From the human T2T-CHM13v2.0 reference genome, Homo sapiens, in assembly GCF_009914755.1 (NCBI RefSeq), contig NC_060929.1: a DNA stretch of 64,000 bases. One strand, given 5' to 3'. This document shows, piece after piece, positions 62,588 through 64,000 of this stretch; within the stretch, counting starts at the first letter, position 1; the number at the start of each line of letters is the position of its first letter. Under the pieces are notes generated by a model, which did not search any database, was not told the origin of the DNA, and saw only the letters and a list, made by a program, of their open reading frames with translations. A program made the position numbers and the translations under genes.

Positions 62588-63311
62588 TGATTAACCTTTT
62601 TTAATAAGTCTTGTTGCTTTGCACATTGCTTTTTCTAGTGTGGATTTCAATTCTTATAAAGATTCACAGTGGCAATGTCAACCATGACATTGTTTTGTGA
62701 TTATTATTATTACGTTAAACAGAGAGTACTAACTATTCTAAGTATCTCTTTCCTCCATAACTCAGAGCCATCATTATGAAGGCCATCATTATATTCTACC
62801 ATATTATAGTAATGCCTTCACAGACTTTTGAGATCCTCTGTCCTTTCCCTAAGTCATAGGTTGCAGTACTAGTTCTATCTTTCTCAAGTCCCATCACTGC
62901 TGTCTTCTAATCGGCTACAGTATTTTACATACAACTGCCTGAACTACTGCTCTTCCTTCTTCCTTTAGAGTAAAACTCAGGGCCTCTGTGACAGATATTT
63001 GCTACTCACCAACAGTTTTTATCTATTTTATTTTTTTGACCATGCCCTGGAATGGATTTGTCAAATCTTTGTAGATGTGGTCAATTTTGGAGATGTCCAC
63101 TCTGGAAAAAAAAAAAAAAAAAAAAAAATTAAAGAGCCACACTAAACAAGAAACATCAGAGGTTCTGAAGAATGACTCACAGGAGCTTTGTCCTAATTTT
63201 GAAAACTCAAGTTGATATAAAGTAAATTTTGCATCCACAAGGCTTCCTAGCATATTACCCTCCTAAATTGTGGCTATAGCAGTTAAACATCATTCTGAAG
63301 TAATTATATAA

Positions 63312-63651
63312 TGCTGCGGTTTGAATGTTGGTCTCCTCCAAAATGGATGTTAAAATTTAATTGCTTTTGTAACAGTATTATATTAAGAGGTGAGACCATT
63401 AATTGTTGATTAGGCTGCGAGGGCTCCACCATCATGGCTGCAGTTGTAAAAGGGTGAGTTCAACCCCTTCTTACTCTCTCACCCTCTTGCCTTCCTCCAT
63501 GTGATGATGCAGCAAGAATGCCCCTGCTGGATGCTGGCATCTTGAAGTTGAACTTTCCAGCCTTTAGAACTGTGAGCCAATACAGTTCTGTTTATTTTAA
63601 GTGGGCTATTCTCAGATATGTTGTTATAATAGCCCAAAACAGACTAAGACA
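63312..63651 (+). mobile_element. MST-type MaLR solo LTR
   Basis: TGCTGCGGTTTGAATGT...TATTAAGAGGTG...GCAGCAAGA...AGAACTGTGAGCCAATA...AAACAGACTAAGACA. Confidence 0.85.
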
Positions 63652-63887
63652 TGCACTAATCTAAAAGCTTAACAATGTAATATGTTATGGATATTTATGA
63701 TATGAAACTTTTCATTTAATGATCTCAAAGCAGAATAAAAGTAATTTCAGATTTATGTATTTATTTCTCTATTCACCTAGCTCGAGTGTCCAAATTTCTA
63801 AAGAACACTGAATAATTTTATTGAACAAAGTGGGTTCATACTTAACGGTATTGTCACATGTCACACACACACAGATCTATATTTTAG

Positions 63888-64000
63888 AGTGGGGTTCCAC
63901 TTTTATTTTCCTTAAAGGGCCAAATGATAAATATTTTTGTCTTTGCAAGACATATGTTCTCTGTTATAACTATTCAACTGTGACATTATAGCCATAGATA
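63888..64000 (+). mobile_element. MER58A-like hAT MITE, cut by the window edge
   Basis: TTTTCCTTAAAGGGCCAAATGATAAATATTTT...TCTCTGTT...ACTATTCAACT...GCCATAGA. Confidence 0.7.

Overview
AT-rich, CpG-depleted primate genomic DNA, almost certainly human (it carries an AluYa5-like copy). It looks intronic or intergenic: I see no intact protein-coding exon, CpG island, tRNA/rRNA gene or prokaryote-type system. Most of the window is interspersed repeat: about 17 Alus, truncated L1PA/L1M pieces, L2/MIR relics, ERV1 and MaLR LTRs including a two-LTR MST element, and Tigger/hAT MITEs. It also holds a full-length processed RPL7 pseudogene on the minus strand (31352-32196). The supplied ORFs are explained by these repeats or are chance ORFs. 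The most notable signals are small-scale: a 72-bp near-perfect duplication 1.9 kb apart, several templated micro-rearrangements inside old repeats, an AluYa5 nested in an AluY, a helically phased TGACAG cluster, two back-to-back amniote-SINE-like tails, and a few candidate non-coding exons. I found no convincing novel biological system. Repeat subfamily names come from recalled consensus sequences and need RepeatMasker/Dfam confirmation.
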